Source: Penicillus capitatus
Taxonomy: Eukaryota > Plantae > Chlorophyta
Assembly (NCBI GenBank): GCA_965649825.1
Contig: OZ287697.1
Span: forward strand, 310,001-374,000
Direction of reading: 5' to 3'
DNA: 64,000 nt
The notes under the pieces were generated by a model that searched no databases, was not told the origin of the DNA, and saw only the letters and a program-made list of their open reading frames with translations. The position numbers and the translations under genes were made by a program. This document shows, piece after piece, positions 25,645-39,285 of the stretch (its first letter is position 1; each line of letters opens with the position of its first letter).

Positions 25645-26632
25645 ATGTCGTTGGGGCCGTTGGTAAGAGCGCGTCCATGGCGACTGCACTGTACAAACGA
25701 GACGTGTTGGATCCAACCGACCGACGCAGCGCTGCTGGATCGTTTCTGGAAATCGCGTGGCGTGTGCAACGCCGATCAGCGCCGCGCCCTAATCCGTGCC
25801 GCGCAACGACGACCACAGGGAGCACCCTTGCCGAAGGTCGACGTCCATTCCGGCGTCTCTTACGCATGGAACGTCAAGAAACGCCAACAGGAGGTCTGGT
25901 CGCAGCAATGGGGAGCAGGACAGGCAGAGTTGTGTCGTGCAGATCTACCACATCTCAAAGGCAGTCGTGGAGCTCGATGCTGCGCTTGGCGGTGCAGCTG
26001 ATGTCGTATGGATGTGCTGTCGTGAACCCGAGATCCTCAACCTCTCATCCAAGGACGTCCTGCGTCGGTTGTTGGATATGAAGCTCTCGACCAGTGGAGA
26101 CGTGACGAACATCGTGCACCTCATCGAGCAACAACCGCGTCTGCTTTTCGATTCGGAAACGACGATCGATCGAAGCGAGACGCCTCGAGATCAGATTCCG
26201 GCTTGGGAACACGGTCTGCTCTCCGATAGCGACGTCCAGTGGAGGCAGCGCTTCGCCGAGATGCAGCGATTCTATGCGCAGCATGGACATAGTCATATTG
26301 GATGGGTGCCGCGCCACGATGATCCGGAGCTCGCGGCATGGGCAGCGAAGCAACGGCGCGATTTTGATCACGGTGTTCTGTCGAGCGATCGTCAGCGGCA
26401 GCTCGAATCGATCGAATTCGTTTTCGATGCGATCGAGGCCGAATGGCTACGATGGTTTCACGAATGGCGCATCGCGACGAACGCCAGTCCTTCCTCAACC
26501 GACGCCCTGTACTTAACGCACTGGTGCAGTGTCCAGCGCATTGCCCAGAGAACGGGACGTCTGTCGGTCGAACGAAAACGACTGCTCGATGCCTATGCCT
26601 TCGATTGGAACATTCCGGATCCATTATCTTAA
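25645..26632 (+). CDS. Helicase-associated (HA) domain protein, possibly organelle-targeted
   Basis: One 46-nt intron joins ORFs 25645 and 25796. Two HA repeats (W..RF.E...F..QHGH....L..W...QR.......L...R...L..I.F.F). Transit-peptide-like N-terminus. Confidence 0.75.
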
Positions 26633-26689
26633 CGCGGTGTCCATCTTGATTCGAACCTCTCTCTGCGAATACGTGCCAGTCAGTCAGCC

Positions 26690-27939
26690 ATGTCGAGAGT
26701 GTCCAGTATTCGCGACCGGACACAAGAATTCCTCAACATTGCGGAACGCGTCCAGGTCGAACGTCGCTCACAGAGTGCGGGGGTCACTCATGTCGCTTTG
26801 CTTAGAAAAGTGCTGTTGGTGTGTCGTCGACCTCCGAGAGCGGAAGTGCGTGCCGAACGTACATACACCTTTGCCGAGATGCGATGATGCGTCGCGTTAG
26901 GTCTGCCGTCGACGAAAGCGGCCATTCAGCACAAATCCCAGTTCAATCAGAGAGCGTCGGAAATCGGCTTGGGTATTCACAAAACGTCCACTAAACTGCA
27001 GAAACTCGCGCAATTGGCCAAAAGGACATCGATGTTCGATGACCCCGTCGACGAGATCAACGAAATCACTGGCATCGTCCGACAAGTGCATCGCATCCCA
27101 TACCATTCCACGCTGAGCGATGTGACCCACCACCTTTAGGATATCCAATCCCTACACGGAGCCATTGCCGAGCTGCAGTCCATGACACACAAGGGAGGCA
27201 GTCATCAAGGACAGCATCACTCGCATACGGTTGTGGACGATCTGCGTCATCAGCTCAAATCGACGACGAAAGAATTCAAAGATGTGTTGACGTTGCGATC
27301 GCAGCATCTTAAGGATCAAACGGAGCGCCGGCAGATGTTTTCTGCCGTCCCTGAAAACGGCTTCCACGAATCGGCGCCGCTGTTGGAGGGCTCCGCTGCA
27401 TCCTCGTCCAAACCGTTGCTGCAACAGAAGTAAGAAATTCGGTGTGGAAAGAGGTGATCGGCGTTTGGTCTTTCAGTGGATCTTCTTCCGTTTTGCACCG
27501 ATCTTTCGATCCCTATCCCGCGACGTCCCTTCGTGCGCGCACCACGAAATCGCAGTACTTTAACCCGAATGCTCTTCACGTGTGCATTTAACGCATTCAT
27601 AAAATGTGTTTTAGTGGAGAAGAGCAATTCCAGCAGCAGCAACTGATGCAGCCGCAGGACACGTATCTGACCAATCGAGCCGAGGCGATGCAGAGCGTCG
27701 AGAATACGATCGTGGAACTGGGCGGCATCTTTCAGCAGCTGGCCCATATGGTGAAGGAACAAGGCGAAATGGCCGTCCGTATCGACGAGAACATTTCGGA
27801 GACGTTTGGCAATGTCGATGCCGCTCAGGGGCAACTGCTGAAATATCTGAACAGCATCTCATCCAATCGATGGCTCGTGATGAAGATATTCCTCGTCCTG
27901 ATGTTCTTTCTCGTCATCTTTGCCGTCTTCCTGGTGTAA
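26690..27939 (+). CDS. Syntaxin-5 / SYP3-family Qa-SNARE
   Basis: N-peptide RDRTQEF; spliced SQFNQRASEIGLGIHKTSTKLQKLAQLAKRTSMFDDP; SNARE helix IENTIVELGGIFQQLAHMVKEQGE; C-terminal TM. Confidence 0.93.
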
Positions 27940-28023
27940 TACACGTTTCTCTGTCTCCTTTGGCGACGCGTCTACGAAATCTGTTACAAGAGATATCGTC
28001 TAATAATATGCATCATCCGTTTT

Positions 28024-29153
28024 CTAAGGGGATTGGTATCTGGCCGTCATTTCGCGTTGCAGTTCTTTGAGTTTTTGCGGCGAGAGCGCCATCGCTGGGT
28101 CGATGATGAGCGGTTCGACCACCAAACCCTGGAGAACAGAATTCTCACTTTTTCTCACTCTTTTCGTCATACCTGTGACGCTTGTGGGTCTGTCTGAAGT
28201 CCAAGGAAAAATGTGCTCGTCGGGGCGACATCTGGCGACTTCAATGGCGGCAATGGCGGAGCTGAGGGCTGTATGACATCACTCGGTGGTAACTTAGTAG
28301 ATCGTAACGGAGGGCGAAACTGCTGAGAAGGTAAAGGCGCCGCCGCCGCCGCCGGTCGCTTCACAAACTCAATACAATTCGACCAGACCTTCTTCATTTC
28401 TTTTCGGCTGGCACGACATATATCCATCACTTCTGAAAACTTCAGCGGGGGCATATGGGCCATATAATGTGGCCGTTCTTTTGGAAACATGCTCAGCGCC
28501 TCGCGAATGCAGCATATGACCTTGAGTGCCATCTCGGCGTCATGTCTCGGATCGCTGTCGGGCATCATAAGCAGCTTGGCGAGTGTTGTTCCCAGTCCCT
28601 TCGCCTTGTCTACGATCTGAGGGAACGATAAGGAATGATTGCGGAGTATCTCTGCGATAGAAAGTGGACTCCACGGTTTCGTATATTTTCCCACGAGGTG
28701 GTCCATGCATTCGCCGAAGTCTCCATGGAGATAGTATTCAAGGACGGGCGTCAGACCGCGTTGCAAAAGGCCTTCGGCTTCGGCTCGAAAATGCGCGAGA
28801 GTGAACGACCGACCTTGGTCCATGACACGGTGGACATCGGAAATCAAGGCGTGGGTGGCGGCATCGTACTGAAAGGCGGACTCCGGACGTCGCGGCTGAT
28901 AGCCGTAGTTTGAAGAAGATCCAAAAGCGATGGAGTCGTAACGCGCAGACCTTCCACGTCCGCGTACACGTGTACGTTCGCCCATAGAGATGCAATGGGT
29001 TAGGACTGAGGGTGTCGCCGAAGGGTCGGAGCGCGTTGAGGCCGGAAGACGATAGGAATCAGACGGGTATTCTTCAGGATCATCGATACGTCGTTTATAA
29101 GGTAACGTCACGTCAATCAATAGCGACGTCTTATGATCTAACAAATCCGACAA
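28024..29153 (-). CDS. Hypothetical protein
   Basis: 328-codon ORF extended by a GT-AG intron after ..QASQ to a last exon ending TAG at 28024-28026. No family recognised; start uncertain. Confidence 0.55.
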
Positions 29154-30822
29154 CGATGTGGCTGAATGACCATAAAACGGTGCGCAAGTCGATTGAGACG
29201 AGGGACAACTCGGCGGCGCGGTAGCAGAAAGCTGTTGGCCTCAGATGATCATTGAAAATGGCGGGCGTCTGAAGCCTGCTCTGTTCCTGGCGCTTGTGCC
29301 TAGACAGGCGAACGGTCTTTTGGCGCTTTCCTCGCATCGGAAGCGCGAATGAACATTTTTTATCGACGATGTCATGAAAGCAGTGCTTTTTCATCGCAGG
29401 CCAGTTTTCCTATCAAGCGCTCGTATGAAGCGCGGCGTCGCGCGTTTGTTAAGGTGGGTGTAAAATGAACGGACCTCTGTAAGGTAGTGTTGCGTATCTG
29501 GCGACTTCGATAAATGCGTACGTCTTTTCTCTTAAGCGCATCGAAATGCGATGCATTGAGCGCGTCTTCACAAACTTACGGCGGAAAAGACTGCCTCTTT
29601 CGTTTATCCAGACACGGGGACAGAACTCAAGCGCCGTCAAGAAACCTAACACCGCATTTCCTTGAATGCTTCTTTGTTTTCGGCACGGCGAATTGAGATA
29701 GATGCTCGTGCGTGACACGTGGCGGCATCAAAAGATGCAGCCAAGCAGAAGGTACCAACAACCCATTTCGCAGTTCCACATCACAGTTATGCCACACAGA
29801 TCAGCTACCACACAATTGAGGAAGGCCATAGAAACGCACACACAACAGCTGCAGCGAAAACATACAGACAGACATGCAAGGTATGGAAAAAACAGAGATG
29901 CTGCCGAAATGCACTGCCACTGCTCGATCGGGCAAACATCGATCATAATACTCGACACCGATACCATTCGGCCTCGACAGGTAGATCTCAGTCTGGGACA
30001 GGTGGTGGTGATGACGACCCTTAGCCCACACTTGCCAACTGACGCTATGGGGGACAGGCGTGCGATGTTGCCGATGATGACATATCGCCGAGTCGACAGA
30101 CGGACAAGACTGGTCGACGTGCATCTCTGCATCGTCCTTGCAACGAAGAGGGACTGCCTCTATCTTCTGAGATAGCGCATGGCTTGCCCTCCTGCGCCAT
30201 CACACACCACCGTTTATCCATCTCATCCTTCATGACACGACAGCTGTCACATCAGATGCAAACGTCCGCTGCCGAGAAGGACAGGGTTGTTACGACGAGC
30301 GTAGCCAGCTAGGCCGCTCCTGTGATGAAGTCGCCACGCCACTTCTATTTTCTCTTGTACATTAAGCTCGAATCGTCCGCTCACACGTTAATGCCTGCAC
30401 GACCCAAACGGCGACGAGCAGCGACACGTGTCACGAGTGGATATTTCGCAGCCGCTGAATCTAAAAGCGTTCTGATAAAAGCGAGTACAGACAATGGGTC
30501 GAGGAAGGTTCAGGTTACGGCGATATCCTTAATGGCTGATGATTCGATCATAACTGAGGGACAGTTGTTTTTCGTGTCCCTATTCTTGGACGGGCGTTCA
30601 TCAGCGACAGCTTCGCGCGTCCGTCCTCATCCGCGAGATGACGTGAAGGGAAGTTCATATGGAATCCCTATGCGCCATCCGTCTGCCAAACAGATTCGCC
30701 GCTTCGGAGAAGTCACGCCTGTTCGGATATAAGACAGGCCGGACTGCCTTGCGTTATGTTTCTTAAAAATCTCACCTTGTCGACGAGACCACGTCAGCGA
30801 ATTCGTAGACCCTTAGACGAAC

Positions 30823-31534
30823 ATGTCTTCGACGGTGCTTCTCACGGTCGTCCTTCTCGTCGCCATCAGCATCGGTGCGTATGTTCGCCTGTAAAGCGAA
30901 AGATTCGAGGATTTTGCTGCAGTCGATGCAGCGCCTTGTGAGACGGCGTTGTGTAACAGCGTTTCCGCGGGACAGTCCAGCCCTCTTCGTAACGCCGCCA
31001 ACGCCAATCTCTGCTCGTGCACCTGTGGCGGTAACGGCGAGCGTCTGGTCCATCTGGCCGCACGATCTGCGTGCAAATCCTGCATTGAGACACTGATTGA
31101 TGATAACGGCTGTTCGGCGAACGCCCGAGACAGCAACGAGGCCAGGCCATTGCATGTCTCCGCTGCACAGTGCAATGGACAGATCACCACGGTTACCTGA
31201 CTCCTATCTGATCAACTCACTGTATTAACGCGATCATTGCAGGCTCTGTTGGATCGTGGGGCAAATGTCAATGCTAAAGATAATCAGGGGAATGCGCCTG
31301 TCTGTGCTGCGGTGCAGGGTGGATCGACGACCTGTGGGGATGTCGTGGCGGATCTTATCGGACGTGGGGCATCTCCATGTACGAGATGCAGTGGAAATGT
31401 GCTGCTCTATGAGGCAGCTGGTCTATCAAGTGTGAGAGACGTAAGTACATCATGCAATGCTATTCGTTCGCAACGGTGGTCTTGGATGGAAGAGGATCGG
31501 AGCACTTAACGGCGCTCCGGAAGACTGTTTGTAA
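30823..31534 (+). CDS. Secreted Cys-rich ankyrin-repeat protein A1
   Basis: Signal exon plus 3 introns; LVHLAA, RPLHVSAA, GANVNAKDNQGNAPV; 14 Cys in the predicted mature chain. Last acceptor slightly uncertain. Confidence 0.8.
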
Positions 31535-32914
31535 CCGTAGCACGGTTCCACTTGTCAAACCAATTGAACGCAGATGCATCCAAGCTGTCTTCGTTGTCTG
31601 TTCAAACATGCAGTCCTCACCATTCTTATCGTGTATAATAGGCAGACGATAACAAAATACGATCCCTGTTTGACCACACAACGATTTAAGAATCTCATGC
31701 AGTAGTTGATGTTCATTGCAAGAGAATGTCGAAAAGCTGACCCGTTTGACATTGTTACCTGTACACTGAGCGGTATTGCCAGATGATCTGAGCTGATAGA
31801 GGTGGACGCAGAATTGAGGTGAGGTGACCGGTCTGTTCTAGATCCGCCCTCTGTCTAGACACTATGGACATCCGTTGACTGGGACGACTGGATGTGGCAT
31901 CCAGTGATATCGTTCGTCGAAATCTGGAGACGGATTGGACCTTCCCGTGTAAAGGCTCGATGCTAAAGAACAGTAGAGAGGACAGACGTCACTCTTTTCA
32001 ATCTATGCCACTCTCTCACACAATTCTGACCCATCCGATATTGCCGAACAGTTTTTGAACACTACAGCACCTGCCTCATGCAATCGTCGTTGCAACGGTT
32101 TTTTTAGACATTTGAAAAAAGAGGGGATCCATTTCGATCACGTCCGGTTTCGTGCAGATGCGTCTATGTAGATAGATTTCAAGGAGATCGGCTTCGTCTT
32201 AGGATCGATACCCATATCGACATCGCTCTAGGCCATCGAAAGCATCCGGCTTCGGAGGTAGGAATAGAAAACGAGCGACCGGATCGCTCCTAGACATTTT
32301 TTTTCCAACAATGTGCATCTCGACGTGTTCCGCACAAACAAACGCGCTGCGTTTCAGATTCGAAATCGGTAGCCGCTTTCCTTCGAAGAACGCAAACGAT
32401 GAGACGGTCACGGGCAGACGCGGTCACAACTTCCGTCTTGCTTCCAAAGCAGACGACCTCATGGAAACTCGATTTGTAAAAGCACGATCTTTGTAAATTC
32501 GTAAACTAGCTATTATATAGATACTTACGACACGCGGCCCGTTTGCCTCTAGTAAGGCACATAATGCCACATATTGAGGAGATATGGACCCCTTAAGTCG
32601 TTTGAGACCACAAACAGCTGGCACAGACACCACCTGTCCAATTCGCCAAAAAACAGACGGACGCTCCGACTCCAACCGTTACGGGGAAGCTACCCACACG
32701 GCTCGGTTTTCCCTCTGCGTAGCGAGGAACGGTCCAAATGACAACATTCAACGCGGCGGCTTCCCTACTGCCCCCATCACCGCTTCGCAGAAACGATGCC
32801 TCGTAGAATAAAAAGCAGAAACGATCTTTGCGGCAACCCTTTGCACTTGACAGCTACACTTGGGTATCTCCACAGTAGGGTTGGTCTGTTGACAAGGAAG
32901 GGTCTGCCACGGTG

Positions 32915-33642
32915 ATGTCTGCATCGACTATCCTCGCTCTTCTTTCCTTTCTGACAACCGTCGGTGTTGGTACGTACATGCTCTCCAGCGCTTCTGACCA
33001 AACGTTCCTCTACAGTCCACGCAGCTTCCTGCGGAAGAAACATATGTAACAGCGTTTCTGAGGGAAGATCCAACGTCATCAAGGATTCGACGAGAAGCCT
33101 CTGTTCGTGTACCTGCGGCAGTAACGGCCAACGTCTGCTCCACATTGCTGCACGGTCTCCGTGCCTCTCCTGCATTAAAATACTGACCGACAAAGGATGT
33201 CCTATCGACCCCACAGACAACAATGGAAACACGCCAATATTCATAGCCGCCGAAAACTGCAATGTGGAGATCGCGAGGGTTTGTGATTTATTTCTCTCTT
33301 GTCTTTGTATGAAGATGTCGTACGGTAGGCCCTTCTCTCCCGTGGGGCGAATGCAAATGCCGTGAACAATGTCAACGAGACTCCTTTTTGTGTCGTGGCC
33401 CGGGGTGCGTCGAGTACGTGTGTACCAGTTGTGACGGCTCTTGCTGAGGCAAACGCGAATCCTTGTCCTTTCTGCGGTAACGGTGTTTTCAGTGTGCCTT
33501 ATACACTTGCCAATCTGCAAATCGTTCGTGAGGTAAGTAAACCATTAGCTCTCCTTTCTCTTATGTATGGGATGAATTTTAGGAAATTGGGAGGAATGGA
33601 GGAGCTGTCGGTGAAGCGAATCCTGACTGCCCTCCTGTTTAG
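32915..33642 (+). CDS. Secreted Cys-rich ankyrin-repeat protein A2
   Basis: 3 introns at the A1 positions; LLHIAA, GNTPIFIAA, GANANAVNNVNETP; 14 Cys. Confidence 0.8.
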
Positions 33643-35606
33643 TACTGTCGCATCTGTTGTTCAAAGCGAAAAGGGCGAATGAGATATATCCAATGCACAG
33701 ATGTTTTTTTCTACTTCTCAGTGAAGCACAAACACCCACTTCAAGGCGTCATCCACGGCCACTTTTTTGCTATGAGTGCATCATTTGCCTATAGAAACGA
33801 TTCGGTTCATTTAAGGAACCAGATTCAGGAGATCAACGCAAGAATACGATCGGAGAGAAAACACGCGGTTGTGGATTCAAATGGGGTTTGAGAGGGGGGG
33901 ACTCTTTTCTCAATTGTGTAGATGGAGACATCGATGGGACGATGCTCTGTAAACAAACCACAGTGCAGAAAACGGCGATGCACTCGAACAAACAAACAGT
34001 CATCATGTTTCTGATTAAAACGTGTACGGTAAGAAGTGCTGCACACAATCCATTCAGCGCATTCTCGTTCAGATCCCTTTCGGATGGAGATGCCCGAATG
34101 CATTCTTGTACCGCAGAGTATGTCACTCTTTTGGCAAACACTCTCACACATTCGTCCGGAGCGTCAACAAGTCGATTAGAGAATGGCGGCGCTTCTGCGA
34201 TCGGAGCAGCAAGCAACCTTTCCCCACCCACATTTGATGAACCGCATCGTCTGCCTGCTATCACATTTCTCCTGCTGGCCCGAGACCTGGTCGGCATTCA
34301 AACAAGACCTCAACAGGTAGGAATCCATTAGAACAAAAGCTTCTCTGTCGTGCGTCTCTCCACCGTTGACAGGAGTGCCGATGTACCGCCCATCGGATGT
34401 ACGACTTCAGGTAAGGACACTTCCGCCAAACACGCATCGACTGAACACGTTGCCGAACAGCACCAGAAATACAGCGACAGCATTGCCCGCCAGAGTGCCT
34501 TTCGCGCACGGTTGCCGTCAGCGAACGGATAGTTCTTATCTGAAGCTTCTTTAGTAGGTGACAGGACAGCGATTCAGACCATAACGCATGCGATGAACGT
34601 GACGCGACAGCGAGACGTGTCTATCACTCTGCTGGTCCACTGTCTCAACTCCGGTAAGTCTGTCCACTTCGGACGCATAGCCAAAACCTACATTGCTCGA
34701 ACCGTGCCGTCTAAAAAAGACGACGAACACACGTACGCTGCATGTTCACCTCCTATTCTCATGCCACAGAAGTCACATCAAATTGGTGCTGTGATGCGCG
34801 AAGGACGCGTTTGGCACTCAAGAACAAAAACACGTCGCCATAGAAACAAAAGCGACTTCCGTTTTTCACAGAAAGGTAACGTCGGCACCCGCCAACTGAA
34901 ACGATGACCGTCTTCTTTCGCCGGAGGACGGGCAAACGCCTTGTTAGGTCATGATAGAACGGTAAGTCGATAATGGGCCGCGGCATGCATGCGCTCCCGA
35001 GGCAACTCTAAATTCGCGACTCGTCCACTTCTCCAATAGGATCTTCGCTTGTTCGTTTCTTGTCGCGTCCGTCGAGCGACAGACTTGAGACTGCGCAGAC
35101 GGCCGGACCGAGGGCAAATTTCTGACTGTGACGCTGCCCACCATCCTACCAACGACTCCACTCCTTCGCACAAGTCAGCCAAAATTTGGCGAGGCAGACG
35201 TATCCTCCTCTTAAGCCAACAGTACAGTTACATGTTCGCCCGGCAGAAGATAGCGACACTGCGACACTTCTGGCGGAGCAGAAATTTGGAACCCGTAGAC
35301 GGGAATGAAAGGTAATTCGAAAAGAAAGCGCGGCAAAAAACTGCATTGCGCATAGAGTCCGCGTTTAGCGAAAAACTGACAGCACGTGTTTGTGCAGGGC
35401 TGCAGGAAAAGCGGAGGAAAATAGCAAAGTGCGCTGAGGGCAACGCGGCAACGTCTGTGGACATCCGACCTGCCTCGAGCGCAAACCTCCTACGGATGCC
35501 GCCAGCTGTCGCTAGCGCACAACGACGAAACTACGTTTACCCATTATGCCACGAACTTTTCGCGAATTAACAAGACGTGCTGTGGCAGACCGTCGATGCG
35601 CTCGTC

Positions 35607-35755
35607 TGAGGACTTGATTGATCATGTCATCGATGACGCGGACGCGGGCTCTCTTGCTGCTTGCAGCCACAGAAAAAACATGAGGACTTGATTAGTCATC
35701 GTCATCGATGACGCGAACGCGGGCTCTCCTGCTGCTTGCATCCATAGAAAATAAC
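35607..35755. repeat. Two about 74-nt direct repeats, followed by two about 53-nt direct repeats (35762-35858)
   Basis: tgaggacttgatt..gtcatcgatgacgcg.acgcgggctctc at 35607 and 35681; acagaaga..agtgaa.agtagg..tcgtgaagctg at 35762 and 35815. Confidence 0.75.
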
Positions 35756-35902
35756 GTTAGTACAGAAGAACATAGTGAAAAGTAGGTGTCGTGAAGCTGA
35801 GACACGTGTCTAGGACAGAAGATCGCAGTGAAGAGTAGGCATCGTGAAGCTGGAAAACATTTTCATCCCCCGCTAGCTAGATGGCAGCTGCGGTCGCTGG
35901 CC

Positions 35903-35909
35903 TATAAAA
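35903..35909 (+). promoter_or_regulatory. TATA box upstream of A3
   Basis: TATAAAA 89 nt before the ATG, same spacing as in the paralogs. Confidence 0.6.
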
Positions 35910-35991
35910 GCGAAGCGCCTGAGCAAAATCCATTCGAACTCTGACATCTCGTCGAGTAAAGCCGATATTCAGCTTGCGTTCTCTGTCCATC

Positions 35992-36823
35992 ATGTCTCCG
36001 TCTCTGCTCGCCGTTTTCGTTTGCCTTGCGGCTGCATCCAGCGTCGGTACGTATGGTCGATTTACCTGTGTCTGCTGCATGGTGGTGTGTTTGGCGTAGT
36101 TTACGCGGTTCCTTGCCCGGAAGGTGCTTGCAAAAGTGTCGCCATCAGGGACCCAAACACCCTTAAAACATTCTTCGTGGATCCCGTGTTGTGTACTTGC
36201 ACCTGCGACGACGAAGGAAATACTCTTTTCCATGAATCCGTTCCAGCCATATGCACTCAATGTATCGAGTTTCTACTAAACTCCCCCGACGAAGGCGGCA
36301 ACGGCTGCACCGACGTCGACGTTATGGACGACGCAGGAAACACGGCGTTGCATGATGCCGCCGCGCAGTGCATCGATCCGGTGTTGAACGTGAGCCATGA
36401 CGCTGACCTTCCTATTGGGAAAACGTTTTCTCGTAGACTTTGATCGACGCGGGTGCCGACCGCTCAAAGACCAACTTGGCAGGAGAAATCCCTCTCTGCG
36501 TCGTGGGCACGGATAGTCCTCCTAACCCAGGCGAATGTGGCGGCACTGCTGCCGATATCATCGGCATTAATGTCTTTCTTCCTACGACAGAGGAGTGCTT
36601 TTTAGACAGCACAACGTTCGAATTCTGTCCTTGCACTTTGTGCGTGGGCGGCAAGCTACCGTTCGATGTAGCAAAGGAAAATAAGTTGACAGGAGTCGCA
36701 GACGTACCTTCTCCCGCTTTCACCCTTCGCCTTCCTCTAACGCATCCTTGGTCTTAGGTCATCGGTCAGGACTGCGGGTTGCCTGATCTATGCAATGCTG
36801 CTGTGCCTCCATGCACGCCATGA
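35992..36823 (+). CDS. Secreted Cys-rich ankyrin-repeat protein A3
   Basis: 3 introns; GNTLFHES, GNTALHDAA, GADRSK; 18 Cys owing to a C-terminal insertion. Confidence 0.8.
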
Positions 36824-38193
36824 ATGCATCATCTCAGAATGATCGAAGCCAATCAAGCCATGTCAATGTTAGAATGGCGATGAATTTTTTCTTTAGGCAC
36901 ATTTCATGAGTGCCCTTCTCAGCAATCTTCCATTGCTCCCTCTCTCCGTGTTTGTTTTTTTTTCGTGAATGTGGGTCTGTGTTGCTCACATATGCCTCTA
37001 TGGACTTTCTTCTACAATGTTTAAGAAATCCATGAGATCCCAAAACACCGTTTGAGTCCAAACGTTTGCGCCTCGATACACGCAACCCACCAAACACTGT
37101 TCCTCTAAAGCTCATCCCCATCGCTGAAGTAAGTGTAAAATAGCGTATCCATTCGATGGACAGGTCTATCTCCCACGTGCTGCGACACATATCCACTTCA
37201 TCCCTCCGCTGCATCCTTCAAAACGCAATCTGTTGCGCGCACCAGAAGCGCTCGTAGACGTCTGTCGTTTTTCTTTCATGCCCTTGTAAACAGAGTAAGT
37301 ACCTCGCCGGCTGAAATCGGTTTTAGGTAAGTACTGCTGCAGATGTCTGTAGACCTTCCTCGGCTTCTCCACCCAACTAGTCTTTGACTTCGGACGACGT
37401 CGCTGTCTTTAGCCGTTCTTCTGGCTCTTTGCTGGAGGCCGGGCGGACGGACATGGGCCCACTCCGAATGCTAGACAGCATGTGAAATCTCACACGCCGT
37501 TTGCGTTGGGAGCTACTCCTCTGTTTTCATCGTTTGTGTTCCGCTGACGTGTCCTTTTTGTGGTACATCCGTCTCCACTCTGTTCCCTCCCGTCGCTCTG
37601 AGCGATATCCGACTTGGAAGGCGAGACGTTTCCACGTCTTGTCGGCGGCGCAGCGAAGGCCGGCGAATTGTTCGCCGGCTCGTCATGCGACAAGCGAACA
37701 CGGCTTTCGTCTCTCCCTGGACACCCCCATCCGCACGTTCGAACGAACGAACATCCGCGAAGGTTCGGCAGCGGAGGAACGTTTTCGTCGACTTCGGAAT
37801 CCGACCAGCGGCACGGGGACCGCCTCTGGGGATGTTCGGTGTCAGGCCACGTCGCTGTCTGCGATGTGTCTGCGACGACGACGGCGATTTTGTTACAGCT
37901 TCCTTCCAGCTTCATCCCCCTAGAGACCAAGCAATGGAGCCAGCATCATCGCCTGAGACTCCGGATTCCCGGAGTCTCGGCATCTCATTACATTACATTT
38001 GCAAGTTGCACGGACAACGCCCTCACCGTGCCCGATTAATAGAATCTATGGGGAGAAAGCAGAAAAGAGACACGACACTTGTGCTTTGACCTTCAGTAGT
38101 TACGGTCTTTCGAATCGACAGGCCACCGAAAACGCTCCATCGATTCCAGCAGTCGCAACGGGATGACTAGGAGAAGACGCGTGAAAAGGGTGC

Positions 38194-39074
38194 TCATTCG
38201 CACGGAGGGCAGAACTCCTCGCAGGTGCCGTCCCCCGAAGTGATCAGCAGCGAGCTGCCTTGGGACGCCGAACACGGAATGCAACAGGCGTAACCCGGGC
38301 AGCAGGGCGCGTCTTGACCCCACGAATCTGAGAAGGCGTCGAGGAACGCGTTGCACCTCTCACTCTACATCCACGATGAGTTACGATCTGCAGGGATCGA
38401 TCTTGTGAGGGAGGTCACACTTCGCGTCGGCAATCGGCGAGTTCCGATGGAGACGGCGCAGAGGGCTCTGCCCGTCGGCTCGCATCCGAAAAGAGCGAGA
38501 ACTCTCCGGAGGACGCATCGCAGTCGACCGCCGTCCCGTTCCAGATGAACAAGGCTTCGCACTGTCCGCAGCGGGAAGCGTAGCACTGCGCTTCCGGATA
38601 GGCGGGACAGAGGGCACGTCTGCACGGATTCGTGCAGCGAGCGATGTTCGCAGTGCAGTTGCCTACAGGGACAGCCGTCGTCATCTCTGCTGCGAGATCT
38701 GGTGCAGCGCACAGGGACACATGCCGCTGCAGGCCACCTCCGTTCCTGCACACCGAGCGTAGCACGGATTTCCGTAGGTGTTTCCGTCCTCTCCGCAGAC
38801 CAAGCTCGCCCGATTCGTGCACCGACACCCATCTTCGCACGGACACCGAGTCAGGCACGAAAGGTCGACGTCTTCACAGTCGGCGCACACGCCGTCCGAC
38901 GGATCGTTCCCCTCTCCACAGATCTCCCTGTGCCCGATGCACGTGCAGGAATCCGTTTCTACAGCGGAACAGACGTCCATCCATCCCGCGTCTTCCAAGC
39001 TGGAGCGTACGGGCAGCAGCGAGGCGGATGAAAGCGGCAAGGAGCAATGCGGTCGATAGAAGTCGCGTGCCCAT
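38194..39074 (-). CDS. Secreted modular Cys-rich protein with Kazal domain(s)
   Basis: Signal MGTRLLSTALLLAAFIRLAAA; 3 introns; Kazal CRCTNRASLVCGEDGNTYGNPCYARCAG..C; then a C..NPC....CP..P.A.C....CG.C module and a CC-containing tail ending GTCEEFCPPCE*. Confidence 0.75.
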
Positions 39075-39285
39075 TGAACGGAGAGTCTTCATTGGAGTGC
39101 ACGGTTTGTTGAAGGACGCGCGTTGCAGTTTTTCTTGGAACAGTGGCCTTCTGGCTACAAGGAAGAACGCGGTGCGATCTCAGTAGGGAAGTCGACATTT
39201 TGTTTCACGCGAAGTTCGTGAGCATCTGGAAGCTAGATGGCTAGCGGCATGCGTTTCACTTCGTACCGTCCGCGGATCCACGAGG

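Noticed and set aside
29700-30250. Overlapping Cys-rich ORFs on both strands (LITAF-like impression)
   Set aside because: No complete CxxC..HxCxxC pattern and no consistent spliced model.
33833-34560. 150-aa ORFs on both strands between A2 and A3 as a tenth ankyrin copy
   Set aside because: No TPLH-type motif or Cys scaffold in any frame I read.
37955-37978. Perfect 10-bp hairpin GAGACTCCGG-ATTC-CCGGAGTCTC
   Set aside because: Too short and isolated; no U-tract, TIR partner or target-site duplication, so it may be chance.
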